Of a stretch of DNA of 64,000 nucleotides, positions 10,944-22,743 are shown piece after piece. The stretch is from NCBI RefSeq assembly GCF_037042905.1, contig NC_087247.1:19344001-19408000 (forward strand). Reading direction: 5' to 3'. This DNA is from Lytechinus pictus (lineage: Eukaryota). How positions within the stretch are numbered: the first letter of the stretch is position 1; the number at the start of each line of letters is the position of its first letter. The notes under the pieces were generated by a model, which had not been told where the DNA came from, made no database searches, and saw nothing but the letters and a program-made list of their open reading frames with translations. The position numbers and the translations under genes are program-made.

Positions 10944-12257
10944 TCACACGGTGTTTGTAAGTACACTGCCATCTGCAAAAGCAGATGCTTGGACAGACGG
11001 AAGTACGCTAGAGGATGTCTGCACTTCGTGTTTAAAGACAGGATCGTGGCTTGATCGGGAACAGATAAAGATGCCTTTGAGTGCTTTACGAAACTCTGGA
11101 TTCCTGGCAGTGTAGATGAAAGGGTTGACGCACGAGTTGAAGTAAGCCAGGTTTTGGAAGGAACGTTGCAGTGGACTCCGATGGTAATTCCTGGTAGTGC
11201 TGAACCCCATACTTAGGCAGAAGTAGGCAATCTGAGACGGTGCCCAGCAAATGATGAATACAACTATGACAATAAGCATCATCTTGAGAACGCGAGTACG
11301 AGCTTTAAGATGATTTGATCGCTTACCAGCTGGGACAGATCCTTCTGTTAAGATCTTGGAGAAATGTTGGGCCTCTCGGTAAAGTTTCTTGGCTATTAGA
11401 ATTTGGGTGAGAAGGATAAATACAGTAGGCAAACCAATGCGAAGACAGAGGATGTAAGCAGCATAGGCCATGTCGCCTTCGACGGAAAATCCTCTGCGAA
11501 CGCACCGTCCAGTGAGGTCTTTAACATAGAACACAAAGATGCCCCTGCTTCCTGCGAGCATGAACGTCAACCAAACAAGAGCTGTACAAATATACGCTCG
11601 CCGCTTTGTGACCATGCGATTGAAAATGACAGGATGGACAACCGCGAAGTAGCGGTCGAAACATATGGCGACAAGTTGATAAGAAGATACCGTGATTAGC
11701 ATCCATTGTAACATAGGAGAAGAGATGAAGATACAATAGAGACGTCCCGCAACACTTGAAGGCATTGTTTGAGCGCTCGGGCGGGGAATCATCACGATGG
11801 ATAACAAGAAATCTACAAGAGCTAGATTGCCCACCAGGATGTCAGTGGAGCGTCTGGAGGAATTTTTACAGAACACCACAAGGATGACTAGGAAGTTCCC
11901 CAGTATCCCAAGAATCGCAGAAACCATCTGTAAGATGACCCACCAAGGCCATTCCATTGTTGACCAAGACCATTGAAATAAAGTCTTTGGTTGCATTTCT
12001 TCGGAGCGGTCTTCCTCGTAAGTATAATTTAATAAAAAGTCGGAGGAGAGATCATCGTTGCTTAAAACATTTGAAATTGTGGTGAAGATGAATTCGTTTG
12101 GTCGACCCGTTGATTCTTTGCCAGTGCTATGTGCGAATGGACTTGATCCTGGAGAAGCCGATGTTCCTCCGAGACGAAGCGTTGATTGGTTTGTGGCCAG
12201 GGATTCATCTTTAACCAACACCAGGTAGATAATTGTGGAATAGAATTTGAAATTCAT
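10944..12257 (-). CDS. GPCR copy 2, intact class A 7TM receptor, 437 aa from first ATG
   Basis: Seven TMs with DRY, CWxP, NPxxY, the TM3/ECL2 Cys pair and helix 8 FRKALK. The ORF-track start at 12263 is TTG; the first ATG is at 12257. The TGA stop sits where copy 4 has CGA. Confidence 0.93.
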   Translation of the reverse strand: MNFKFYSTIIYLVLVKDESLATNQSTLRLGGTSASPGSSPFAHSTGKESTGRPNEFIFTTISNVLSNDDLSSDFLLNYTYEEDRSEEMQPKTLFQWSWSTMEWPWWVILQMVSAILGILGNFLVILVVFCKNSSRRSTDILVGNLALVDFLLSIVMIPRPSAQTMPSSVAGRLYCIFISSPMLQWMLITVSSYQLVAICFDRYFAVVHPVIFNRMVTKRRAYICTALVWLTFMLAGSRGIFVFYVKDLTGRCVRRGFSVEGDMAYAAYILCLRIGLPTVFILLTQILIAKKLYREAQHFSKILTEGSVPAGKRSNHLKARTRVLKMMLIVIVVFIICWAPSQIAYFCLSMGFSTTRNYHRSPLQRSFQNLAYFNSCVNPFIYTARNPEFRKALKGIFICSRSSHDPVFKHEVQTSSSVLPSVQASAFADGSVLTNTV

Positions 12258-12282
12258 CTTCAATTTTGTTAAATACGTCCTC

Positions 12283-12550
12283 CTGATGAAATAAAAAAGA
12301 AAAATAATATTAAAAAGATAATTTTATTTCTTAGCTCGAATGAAAATCTTTATAAACAAGACACCGATATCCAATTTCGGGGATCGTTTCTGTTTGTTGT
12401 AATTAATTTCATAACACTTCTTTTGATTTAATTTTCAAAAACGATTAAATTTTCAATAAGATATAAATGATATTTAAGACTTACCGATTGGCGATTGACT
12501 GATAGTTGTTGAAGAGCTGATGTAGTCTCCTAAGCTTTCACTTTTATATA
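12283..12550 (-). promoter_or_regulatory. Copy 2 predicted TATA (12542-12550), exon 1 and 202-bp 5'UTR intron (12283-12484)
   Basis: Same signals: TATATAAAA, TCAGCT, G|GTAAGTC, tttttatttcatcag|G. Confidence 0.65.
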
Positions 12551-13642
12551 GTCTGTGGCGTTTACCGCTGTGTCATCCATTACGATCAATGCATTTTTTC
12601 TAGGCCCTGGATAGTAATGTTCCAATATTGAATTACACTTTTCTGGTCTTATATTGACTGTGCTTACAATCAAATAAAAAAAAAGTGCCTCTCTTTTTAA
12701 TGTACATGTAACTTCCTGACATGTTAAAAAAATATAAAAACGGTGAAACCATAACCTACTCTAAACGGAAAGAAAATATCAGTTATTTCCAGAATTGAAT
12801 ATCTGTCAAAAAAATCACTCAAGTAAAAGTCTTTTGAGATTTCATTAAAGTTTCTTCCAACCTTCACTGTCATATGGAATTTTAATTTCGTGATACACGA
12901 GTGACTCTTTCAAAGAAATATGCAGGTTGCGTTCATTCATTTTTGTTAAATGTACTCTGAATAGTCGAAAACTTGATACTAATGCGCTTAAGGTGAATCT
13001 TTTCAAGAATTTCTGCTTTCAGACAAGCCGTAAATGCCATTATTGCGGCGATGATAGTGTATTTGAATTAAACGATTTAAAAGGTACATAAGTAATGGAT
13101 TTGAACAACAAATCAAATTCAATAAAATCAGTATGCTAAGGTTTGAAAAAAGAGGCCCTAAGTGCTTTTCAGACATCTCATTTTGTTTAGCATCCCTCGA
13201 TATCTTTTTACTAGTGCGCTTCAGCTCTCTTAGAACTTCTTTTTTATTATTATTAATAAAAATAATAATGATATATGGAACTTGTTAGGCGCCATATCCA
13301 TTTCGTAAGAGGTGCTCAAGGCGCACAAGTGAAGGGGGGCAAACGAAATTACAAGTAACAGAAAATCATCGATAAAATGAGTTAAAGAGGTCGGTTTTTA
13401 GCTTAATCTTAAATGTTTCGACACTCTTGCTATCTTGGATCTCTCGTGGGAGGGAATTCCATAGTGAGGGCTCTGCATGGATGAATGCCCCCCCCCCACA
13501 CACACTTTGTTTTACATTTTGGAACTGTAAGAAGACCTGGGCCCTGTCTTACAAAGAGTTACGATTGATCAATCGTTACTCTATGGAATTCATCAGTGTC
13601 ATAATTTTTTTCTACAGGAAATGTGCATAATGTCCTTTGTAA

Positions 13643-15101
13643 AGCCCCAGTCACATATAGACACGGATCCCCACGGATCAACACGGCAATGCCGGCAGGA
13701 TCCGGGGAGGTCCGGGATAGCTTTGCCCCGGATGACTGTAAACACGGCATCAACACGGCAGCTTCACACGGATCTACACGGACCATGCCGGCAGAGCACG
13801 TCGTCAACACGGACCGACACGTCAGCAACACGGACCTACCCGTCAGCTACACGGACCAACACGTCAGCAACACGGACCAACACGTCAGCAACACGGACCA
13901 TCACGTCAGCTACACGGACCAACACGTCAGCAACACGGACCAACACGTCAGCTACAAGGACAACCACGGACCAACGCGTCAGCAACACGGACCATCACGT
14001 CAGCTACACGGACCAACACGTCAGCTACACGGACCAACACGTCAGCTCAAGGACCAACACGGCAGCTATATTGACCAGCACAGCAAATGAAAATCTGTTC
14101 ATAATAATGAGCTGATATTTATTTATTTAATTTTTTATTTATTTATTTATCTAATTATTTATTTTTTTCTCATCCTTGTCGCAACATTATATTATGTTGT
14201 TTTTAAAAAATATATCAAAACTCAAAACTTCCTTAACCAGTAAAAACGCTGTTTTTTTTTATACAACACAGTTTACTGTTTTAAAAGTAGTTGTTAAGTA
14301 CTTTAAATCTTGAACGACAAATTTAATTTCGATTTGATTTGATATCACTTTATTGAAATCACAATAAAGGAAAGAAATTTACAAAGTCAATAGAAAACAT
14401 AATAAAAATTAAGATAGGCCCAGGTCATGACGCATAACTGTCGATGCAGGGCAGTAGTATAACACTTAATGTACAATTTCGATGTAACAGGTACATTACA
14501 TAAATTATATACATATAACATATTTTTTAAAAATGAAATGTGAAATAATAATAACAGACAAAGTTGGGGTAAATATTAGAAGAAAAAAAGAAAAAAAAAA
14601 TATTCATACATGCAATAAGTTTACAAATATTAGGTTGGGGCCAATATCCAAAGCGTAAGAAAATATCCTGAATCATTTAATCATCCATTTAATCATAAAT
14701 AAATTGAGCATGTTTGTGTCAACTGTTTAACAACTACTGAAAAGTTCATAAAGTAAATAGCGTTGTAAAGATTTGATGGGAAAAAAGAACACGGACTGCC
14801 AAGGATACTCCAGGCAGCCACACGGACTTACACGGCAGCTACACGGACCTACACGGCAGCCACACGGACCTACACGGCAGCTACACGGACCATCCCGGAT
14901 GGCTTTGCCAACCCGGCAGTCCACGGATGACGCCGGATGTTTTTGACAGTAAAAAACTGCCGTGTTGGCCTCCCGGACGTTCAAGGACCAACACGGACCA
15001 CCCCGGACCTCCAAGGATGCCCAAGGCGCCAACACGGATCTCTCCCCGGACCACCCCGGATCAGATCCGGGATGGTCCGGGGTCTATATGTGACTGGGGC
15101 T
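13643..15101 (+). mobile_element. PIF/Harbinger-like non-autonomous element, left arm of the palindrome
   Basis: TIR agccccagtcacatatag / ctatatgtgactggggct, inserted at TAA, with subterminal acacgga(c/t)c repeats. Confidence 0.85.
13805..14068 (+). repeat. 21-bp minisatellite (acacggaccaacacgtcagc[a/t])n; mirrored at ~16054-16270
   Basis: About 11-12 tandem units. They produce the TSATRTN repeat ORFs. Confidence 0.92.
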
Positions 15102-15103
15102 TA

Positions 15104-16440
15104 AGCCCCAGTCACATATAGATCCCGGACCATCCCGGATCTGATCCGGGGTGGTCCGGGGAGAGATCCGTGTTGGCGCCTTGGGCATCCTTGAAGGTCC
15201 GGGGTGGTCCGTGTTGGTCCTTGAACGTCCGGGAGGCCAACACGGCAGTTTTTGACTGTCAAAAACATCCGGCGTCATCCGTGGACTGCCGGGTTGGCAA
15301 AGCCATCCGGGATGGTCCGTGTAGGTCCCTGTGGCTGTCGTGTAGGTCCGTGTAGCTGCCGTGTAGGTCCGTGTGGCTGCCTGGAGTATCCTTGGCAGTC
15401 CGTGTTCTTTTTTCCCATCAAATCTTTACAACGCTATTTACTTTATGAACTTTTCAGGAGTTGTTAAACAGTTGACACAAACTTGCTTAATTTATTTATG
15501 ATTAAATGGATGATTTAACGATTCAGGATATTTTCTTACGCTTTGGAGATTGGCCCCAACCTAATATTTGTAAACTTAGTGCATGTATCAATAATTTTTT
15601 TGTTGTTAATATTTACCCCAACTTTGTCTGTTATTACTATTTCACATTTCATTTTCTTAAAATAAATGTTATGTACCTGTTACATCAAAATTGTACATTA
15701 AGTTTTATACCACTGCCCTGCATCGACAGTTATGCGTCATGACCTGGGCCTATCTTAATTTTTATTATGTTTTCTATTGACTTTGTAAATTTCTTTCCTT
15801 TACTGTGATTTCAATAAAGTGATATAAAATCAAATCGAAATTAAATTTGTCGTTCAATATTTAAAGTACTTAACTACTGTTAAAACAGTAAACTGCGTTG
15901 TATAAAAAACAGCGTTTTTACTGGTTAAGGAAGTTTTAAGTTTTGATATCTTTTTTAAAAACAACATAATATAATGTTGCGACAAGGATGAGAAAAAATA
16001 AATAAATATCAGCTCATTATTATGAGCAGATTTTCATTTGCCGTGCTGGTCAATATAGCTGCCGTGTTGGTCCTTGAGCTGACGTGTTGGTCCGTGTAGC
16101 TAACGTGTTGGTCCGTGTAGCTGACGTGTTGGTCCGTGTTGGTGACGTGTAGGTCCGTGTTGCTGACGTGTTGGTCCTTGTAGCTGACGGGTTGGTCCGT
16201 GTTGCTGACGTGTTGATCCGTGTAGCTGACGTGTTGGTCCGTGTTGCTGACGTGTAGGTCCGTGTTGACGACGTGCTCTGCCGGCATGGTCCGTGTAGAT
16301 CCGTGTGAAGATGCCGTGTAGATGCCGTGTTTACAGTCATCAACGTTTAATCCGGGGCAAAACGATCCCGGACCTCCCCGGATCATGCCGGCGTTGCCGT
16401 GTTGATCCGTGAGGATCCGTGTCTATATGTGACTGGGGCA
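15104..16440 (-). mobile_element. Second, inverted copy of the same element, right arm of the palindrome
   Basis: Reverse complement of 13643-15101 with substitutions and indels. Junction ggggc-ttaa-gcccc. Confidence 0.85.
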
Positions 16441-16683
16441 TTAAACAAAAAGAAGCACACTGAATTTTCAAGACAACGATGAATGCATGAATATACATCA
16501 TAGTTAGAAACATGCGTAGTAAACATGCATAGTAGATGTTGACATTGCTGGCCGTCCATAGTTGCGATCGATCGGATCAATCGCAACTCTTTGTATAAGA
16601 CGTGGCCCATTCACTGCATATGGAGCGTAGAAGCCAAGATGGTGTGTAGAGCAGAGTTGTACTGTGGAGCAGAGCCCAGTTAA

Positions 16684-17377
16684 AAGCCCCCTCACGCCTG
16701 ACCGAATGTAGGCGGACGAAGGGTGACGAATGGGAAAAATGCACGCGAATTCAACGAATTCAAATAAAATTTCCGTCAAATCATACGATCAGTAACTATT
16801 GTCAAATGTTATCAACGAACGGTAAGCGAATGATAAATATGACATGCGAAGGATATCGATATTTCGGTTCACCTCTTTGATTAAATTGCAGCCGAAGGCG
16901 AGCGAAAGGTTGGTATAACCCAATAAGACGAACGAACAGTGAGCAATGGTTTGATATGGCGTGCGATTTTAAACGAAGAAGAGGGAATAGATCGGGCGTT
17001 CTTGTACGTTTGTGTCATCGTGTTGCTTCGATAATAAGGGTTCTTTCGAGATCGGTCCACTTTGGCAAAAGCGCGATGGGGGACTATGCGCGACAATAAC
17101 GCACGAACGATAAACGAACGATTACCGCAGACTAAATAAGAGATGCGAATTCAAACAGATGACCAACGATTTTTCAATTCGTCGGAAATTTTTGTTCGAA
17201 ATTTCCGCGCGAATTTGAATAATCGCAGCTGTCAGTTCAGAAGGTGTACGAACCCAAACACGAAGGGTAAATATGATTTACTATCACTTACCATTGAAAA
17301 CGATGAAGAAAAAAAATGCCTTTCGCCAGCCATCGCAAGGCATATTTCTGGCAATTCGGTTAGGTGTGAGGGGGCCT
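16684..17377. mobile_element. ~700-bp PIF/Harbinger-like MITE in the L2 fragment; also at 31938-32638, 43792-44485 and 57004-57704
   Basis: TAA TSD. TIR aagccccctcacgcctgaccgaat / attcggttaggtgtgagggggcct. Empty site cagttaaatgatttcg at 7221. Confidence 0.88.
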
Positions 17378-17791
17378 TAAAGGATTTCGAATTTGCCGCG
17401 TTCACTCATGGGCAACCAATGTAAAGATTTAAGAACAGGAGTGATGTGGGTAAAATTTGCTACGAAGGGTCACTATACGAGCAGCAGAATTCTGTAGTTT
17501 TTGCAAACGAGTAATTTGAGACTGGAGTAGATTAAATAAATGTGCATTGCCGAAATCAAGACGAGATTAAATCAATGAATGAACAATTTTCTCGGTTGCG
17601 TCAAGAGTCAAATATTTGCGTGACTGATACCGTACAGATTTACAAATGTATTGAATACGAGTACCATCGATCTTATTCGAGTCGAGAAACATACCAAGAT
17701 TGTTTTCAGAAACTTCAATAATGTGGTTGGCTATAGAAATTGATGTAATTTGTATTCTAGACAGATGGGTTATTAATGAAATCATATTATA

Positions 17792-19357
17792 CAGTGCGTC
17801 CCACAAAAAACGAAACCGAGATTTATCGATGATTTATCATAACTTAATCACAAATACAATAGCCAAATGACCTACCATTGTAAAGCTTAGTATCTCCTCT
17901 TTCATCTAAAATTACTTAGATTATTTCTCCTTCACGCATGAGTGAGCAAAAAGAATTTGAAGAGGGAATACCAAAAAGTCACTTGGCGGGTTGATCTGGG
18001 TTTCAAAAAGTAAACCACATATTTAAAAAGTTCAATATCTGCTCTTTAATTTGATACCTCAATTACAGAAAATGGTCAAGAAATAACAAAGTTCTGGTTA
18101 TTTGAAATAAGGCTTGAATTTCAACAATAGCCACCTTTCGCAATCCTCACGGACGCTAATATTAGGGTCCCCTAACACAAAAGTTAACGCTGGCAATTGA
18201 TTCCATTGGTCAAATCACCTCTCCAGCCGAAACCATTTCGCATGCGTTGATTATGTACACAGCATGTATACGTCTGAACACGTTTTTTCTTTTGTTTACT
18301 CCTAAACAAACGATATGCCTCAAGCACACAATGTAATGGGCATTATGTTTTACTTTCCCCAGAAATGAGGGATTAGATTCGAATTCCCGGGGGACCACTT
18401 CCATTGATGAGTGGATACCAGGCACGACCATGCGGTTTCGAAAAGCACCCTACACAAGGGAAGCAAGGCTTTTCCAGATTATCAAAATGCATCTCTTAAC
18501 AAGTATTTAGCTTGTGAAACCCTACAAGTATTGAAAACATATCCTCCTTTTCGGTATTTTAAACATCGTTTTTGACAATAACGTTACATAGGCCAATACG
18601 TAACGTACTCTTTCCCTTTTTACGCGTGGTCGCACCTGGTATCCACTCTTCAATGGAAGTGGGCCCCCGGCCTCTCGAGCTCTGGGATGAACCAAATGTG
18701 GCTTTGAAAAGTCGTCCTAAATCGGATATATCGCTGTTACCATAGTAGCAACCATTGCATTGCAGGACAGAGTTTTACGACCATGACGACGGACCCAAAA
18801 GTCTCTTCCAAAATCAACTACCGTCGCAAAAAATTAGCGTTCGCGTTCTCCAACGAAAGGTCGGGAATTTCATAAAATGAAGAGGTTTTACAGGCTATCG
18901 TCCAGACTCACTCAAGACTCCGTTTTGTTGACGATCAGCCATGCATTAAGTCTTTTGTTAACCGTGTGATAGCTTTGTTGGGAAACCTGTGAAAACACGT
19001 TTATTTAATGAAATTATGGAAATACAAGCATCGTTTCGAGGGAACAGAACTTTTTTACTTCTTAACAATTTTCTGTGATTAAGGTATCAAAATTAATGAA
19101 AGAGCAGATATTGAATTTTTTAGGCATGTCATTTTTCTTTTGAAATTCAAATACCCCCCGCCAAATAAGTTTTTGGTATCCTTTTTTTAAATTGTTTTTG
19201 CTCACTCATGCGTAAATGAGGAATATTCTAAGTAATTTCAGATGAAAGAGGAGATTCTAAGCTTTACAATATGGTATGTCATTTGTCTATTGCATTTATG
19301 ATTAAGTTATGATAAATCATCGCTAAATCTCGGTTTCGTTTTTTGTGGGACGCACTG
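17792..19357. mobile_element. Tc1/mariner-type long-TIR MITE with a nested insert; same form at 44900-46521
   Basis: TA TSD. TIR cagtgcgtcccacaaaaaacgaaaccgagattta, extending ~300 bp. Absent in unit A. Confidence 0.9.
18129..18865. mobile_element. TIR element nested in the Tc1-type MITE, itself containing a CCCGGGG-terminal element (18386-18670); counterpart at 45237-46048
   Basis: Inverted ends acctttcg..acgctaat / attagcgt..cgaaaggt. Empty site caacaatttcata at ~33882. Inner TIR cccggggg-ccacttccattga / tcaatggaagtgggcccccgg. Confidence 0.75.
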
Positions 19358-19840
19358 TATAACGGTAACCCTTCAAAAGTTATCCGCGTCCCCTTGTTAC
19401 TTTCAACGACTAACTTTTTCACGCATGCAATATGACAGTTCTATATCAAATTCAACATCTTTTACAAAGGAAAACCACTGTTTTGACTTTTAATTAATGA
19501 GAATTATCAATTGAATCTTGGGATACTCATATACCAGTATAACAACCACGAATTAACCTCCGTTTTAACAATATATTTCAAGTAAATAATTAAAGTAGCC
19601 ATAACTCAACTATGTACAAATCAATTTGTACCACTTGCCAAGGACTCGTATATACAGCACAGAACACTTTCATATTGACTGCCCAAAATATTGGAATTCC
19701 CTTCCTCTGAATATAAGAGAGAGTTAAAGCTAATGTACATTTAAACTTAAAGTTATATAAGAAATCGCTTTTTGCCTCCTACTCCCAACAACCTCCCTGG
19801 AATGTTTGACAATTATACAGATCCCATCTACGACCCTTTC

Positions 19841-22074
19841 CAGTGGCGGATCCAGGGGGCACAGGGGGCGCATGCCCCCCTAAAAACTGTAAAATAAAGA
19901 AAAGGCGCCGCTTAAAAAAATTATACACTGATATAATATTAGCAACAGGAAGGAAAGACTATCCCCAACAAAGCACAATCATATCATCTTCCTTATCTTT
20001 TCTTTTAACTACCCTTTTCCCAACAGCTTCGCCGGTTAAAAATAATCAGCAGTGCGCTGCCTGCATATAACTGGCGCCAATCAAGAATAATCAGCTCCAC
20101 CTAAATCTAAATCGGCAACGGACAAGAAAAATCAGTACCGCTGATCAAGAATAATCAGCTCCGCCTAAATCCAAATCGGCGCCAGTAAAGAACGATCAGC
20201 ACCATCTGGTTATAAATCGGCGCCAGTCAAGATTAATCAGCGCCCCCAGGTTCTAAATCAGCGCCGGTAAAGACAAATCAGCGCTGCCTGAGTTTTAATC
20301 GGCGCCGATCAAGAATAATCAGCTCCACCTAAATCTAAATCGGCGCCGGACAAGAATAATCAGCACCACCTGGTTAAAAATTGGCGCCAGTCAAGAATAA
20401 TCGGCGCCAGTCGATTATGAATTGCCGCTGCCTGAATCTTACGTGACATCGGTAAAAATAATCAGCACTACTTGTTCTAAATCGGCGCCGGTCAAGACAA
20501 ATCGGTGCTGCCTTTGTCTTAACCGGCGCCGATCAAGAATAACCAGCGCCACCTAAATTTAAATCGGCGCCGGTCAAGAATAATCAGCGTCCCCTGGTTC
20601 CAATAAATAGGCGCCGGTAGAATAATGAAGAAGGGCCTATATTGCAAACCAAATCTAGATCGGCGTCGGTCAAGAATGATCAGCGGCACCTGGTTATACA
20701 TGTTATTGTTGAATGGTGGTCATAACAAATAACAAAGCTTATCGCATGCCCTTACAGAGTGGACTGGGGCGGGGCAGTTGCCCACAGATGTCATGAAATC
20801 TTTAATTTGTTATTTAAAAAATCCCAGAATCATACAAAAGTGTAGAGCAAATCCTTTAATTTTGATCTTATTTTCCAATGCTTTAATAAAAAAAGGTCAG
20901 ACGGTTGCTAATACCGGGAGTGTATAATTACGCAACCCGACGTATATTCGTTAGACCTTAAACCACTAAATATCATTTTAAATGTATAAATACAGTTTGT
21001 CAATACCTTTGTTTTAACGTTTAAATGTTTACGCCACAAAATTTGATTTATTTTCATCTTCCATTAAGTTAAATATTATTCATCTGATCACTCAGGAAGA
21101 AGTTAAAAACAAAGATAACGATACCTGTAAAACTGGAGAACTATTTCCAAAGCTCTGTCTTGAAGGATCTCTTTCTGAATTCAGGTCATAAGCATTATAT
21201 CCAGTTTCATCAAAGTAATTAGATAAAAATTACTCATCATTACAAATTGCATTAGATTTAGTGAAAAGCATCACAATATATATATAAATACCAAATTCTG
21301 TATATAGGCCTATACATCATGTACATGAACATTGAATGATAATATATAAAGCTGGATTGGTGATGTATTCCAAATGATTCATGATGTAGTATTATTGTAT
21401 ATATATATAATAAAAAAAACCTTGTATCTCAATTAATATACAAAAGTATTGGCCTCATCGCAATAAAAGGGTTAGTACACGAGATTTTGAAATCGCACAT
21501 AACATGCATAATTTGTGTTACTTTTTGCTTGTTTCTTTCTTTAATAAGTTTTTCAATCTCTCTCTATATATGTTTTAGAAAGATTATATGTTTAAATTGA
21601 TGTATATTTTCTGTTATAATGAGATATGTTTAAGTGGACTTCAGGGAATGGTCGTACGCAGCAAGGGGAAAGGGGGGGGGGGGCAAATTCCCGATCAGCT
21701 GTTGTGAAAACACATTTTTTCCTTAACATTTCATGAAAACTATGAAAAATGTGAGATGTGCACCAAATACTTTTATTACACTTGTAAAAAAATTAATCGC
21801 CCCATTGAGCAGCTCGGTCCGTTTACTCTGTCGTTTTTATTTTCTTTTCAAAAATATGTTCGAGTCTTGCCCCCCCCCCCCCGGAAATATTATCTGCGTG
21901 TGGTCATGCAAAATGGCATGACTGGAAATCCTACATTTTGAAAAGAGCATTTGACATGGTCGACTTTACCCCTTTTTCAACATTTTCTTTTATGGCGCCG
22001 GTGAAGTGCAAAAATATGTGCGCCGCTCGGCAGTACGCCCCCACCCCCTTCGCCAGAAGCTGGATTCGCCTATG
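19841..22074. mobile_element. 2.2-kb CAGTGGCGGATCC-type (hAT-like) non-autonomous element; also 47001-49233
   Basis: Ends cagtggcggatccag / ctggattcgcctatg. ctttc on both flanks (the expected 8-bp TSD is not clean). Empty site gaccctttcc in units A, C and C'. Confidence 0.78.
20030..20697. repeat. Degenerate ~42-bp minisatellite (aatcggcgccggtcaagaataatcagc...); also ~47190-47858
   Basis: About 15 diverged tandem units inside the hAT-like element. Confidence 0.88.
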
Positions 22075-22743
22075 CTTTCCCCAATTTTTTTTTCTCTCTC
22101 GCTTTCTTTTCACTATTATTTTTTCCCCTTTTTGTCTCCTTTAATTATCTGTTGTATTTTATCCTTTCTTCGTGGAGCCCCCACCCTCATACATCTTTGT
22201 TTAGTCTTTTTTATCATCCATGACCAAGCATTTATCATCCCTGAAATCAAATCTCTGCTTACACTCCATCTCCTATAGTGTTCCTTTAATTGCGTTCTGT
22301 TCGAGAAATCAGCGTCATTCAAGCCTCGCTTCTTAGCTGGTCTCTTTTTTCATAGCTGTTTTTTTTTTCTTTTTCATTTTAAGCATACATACAACTATAC
22401 TCCTAAAAAGGTTTGATTTATGTATTTTCTTTTCTTTAGATTATTTGCATTTTTATTACCAATTTGCAAAAAATAAGCTACTTTGGGGGTTATGATTGAT
22501 TTGTCTTGATTTATGTAATTGATTTTTATTTGTGTTCCTCTAATTTGTATGTTGAAAAAATAGATATTATATTTTCAATTTAAACAAGTATGGTTAGTCA
22601 TTGAAGATCCAATAATAAAAATCAAACTTCCTTACACTCTGAAAACACTGAATAAAATTTTACCCAATATTGGGTAGACAGGGAACATGCATGTTTGCTG
22701 TTTTTTTTGTTTTACCCCATATTGGGCTAAATGCATGTTTTAA

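Larger units (their letters stand above)
13540..16607. mobile_element. ~260-bp PIF/Harbinger-like MITE (CWG target) interrupted by the 2.8-kb palindrome
   Basis: TIR ggccctgtcttacaaagagttacgattgatc / gatcaatcgcaactctttgtataagacgtggcc. Uninterrupted at 31599-31859, 43442-43713 and 56665-56925; absent in unit A. Confidence 0.8.
13250..17791 (-). mobile_element. L2-like LINE fragment of unit B, split by nested MITEs
   Basis: Collinear with 6870-8428 once the insertions are removed. Confidence 0.8.

Noticed and set aside
10944-12257. Assigning a gene symbol such as GALR or AstA-R
   Set aside because: The similarity is to generic peptide-receptor-like class A motifs. Orthology cannot be established without a tree.
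12258-12263. ORF-track starts 'MK' for copies 2-5
   Set aside because: The codon is TTG. In a eukaryote the first ATG two codons downstream is the expected start.
13621-14115. TSATRTN / HVSNTDQ repeat proteins (also 16009-16386)
   Set aside because: They are translations of a 21-bp minisatellite inside a MITE, open in several frames, with no gene context.
20030-20697. CRISPR-like appearance of the 42-bp arrays (also 32802-33270)
   Set aside because: They are degenerate tandem units without unique spacers, there are no cas genes, and the context is eukaryotic TE.
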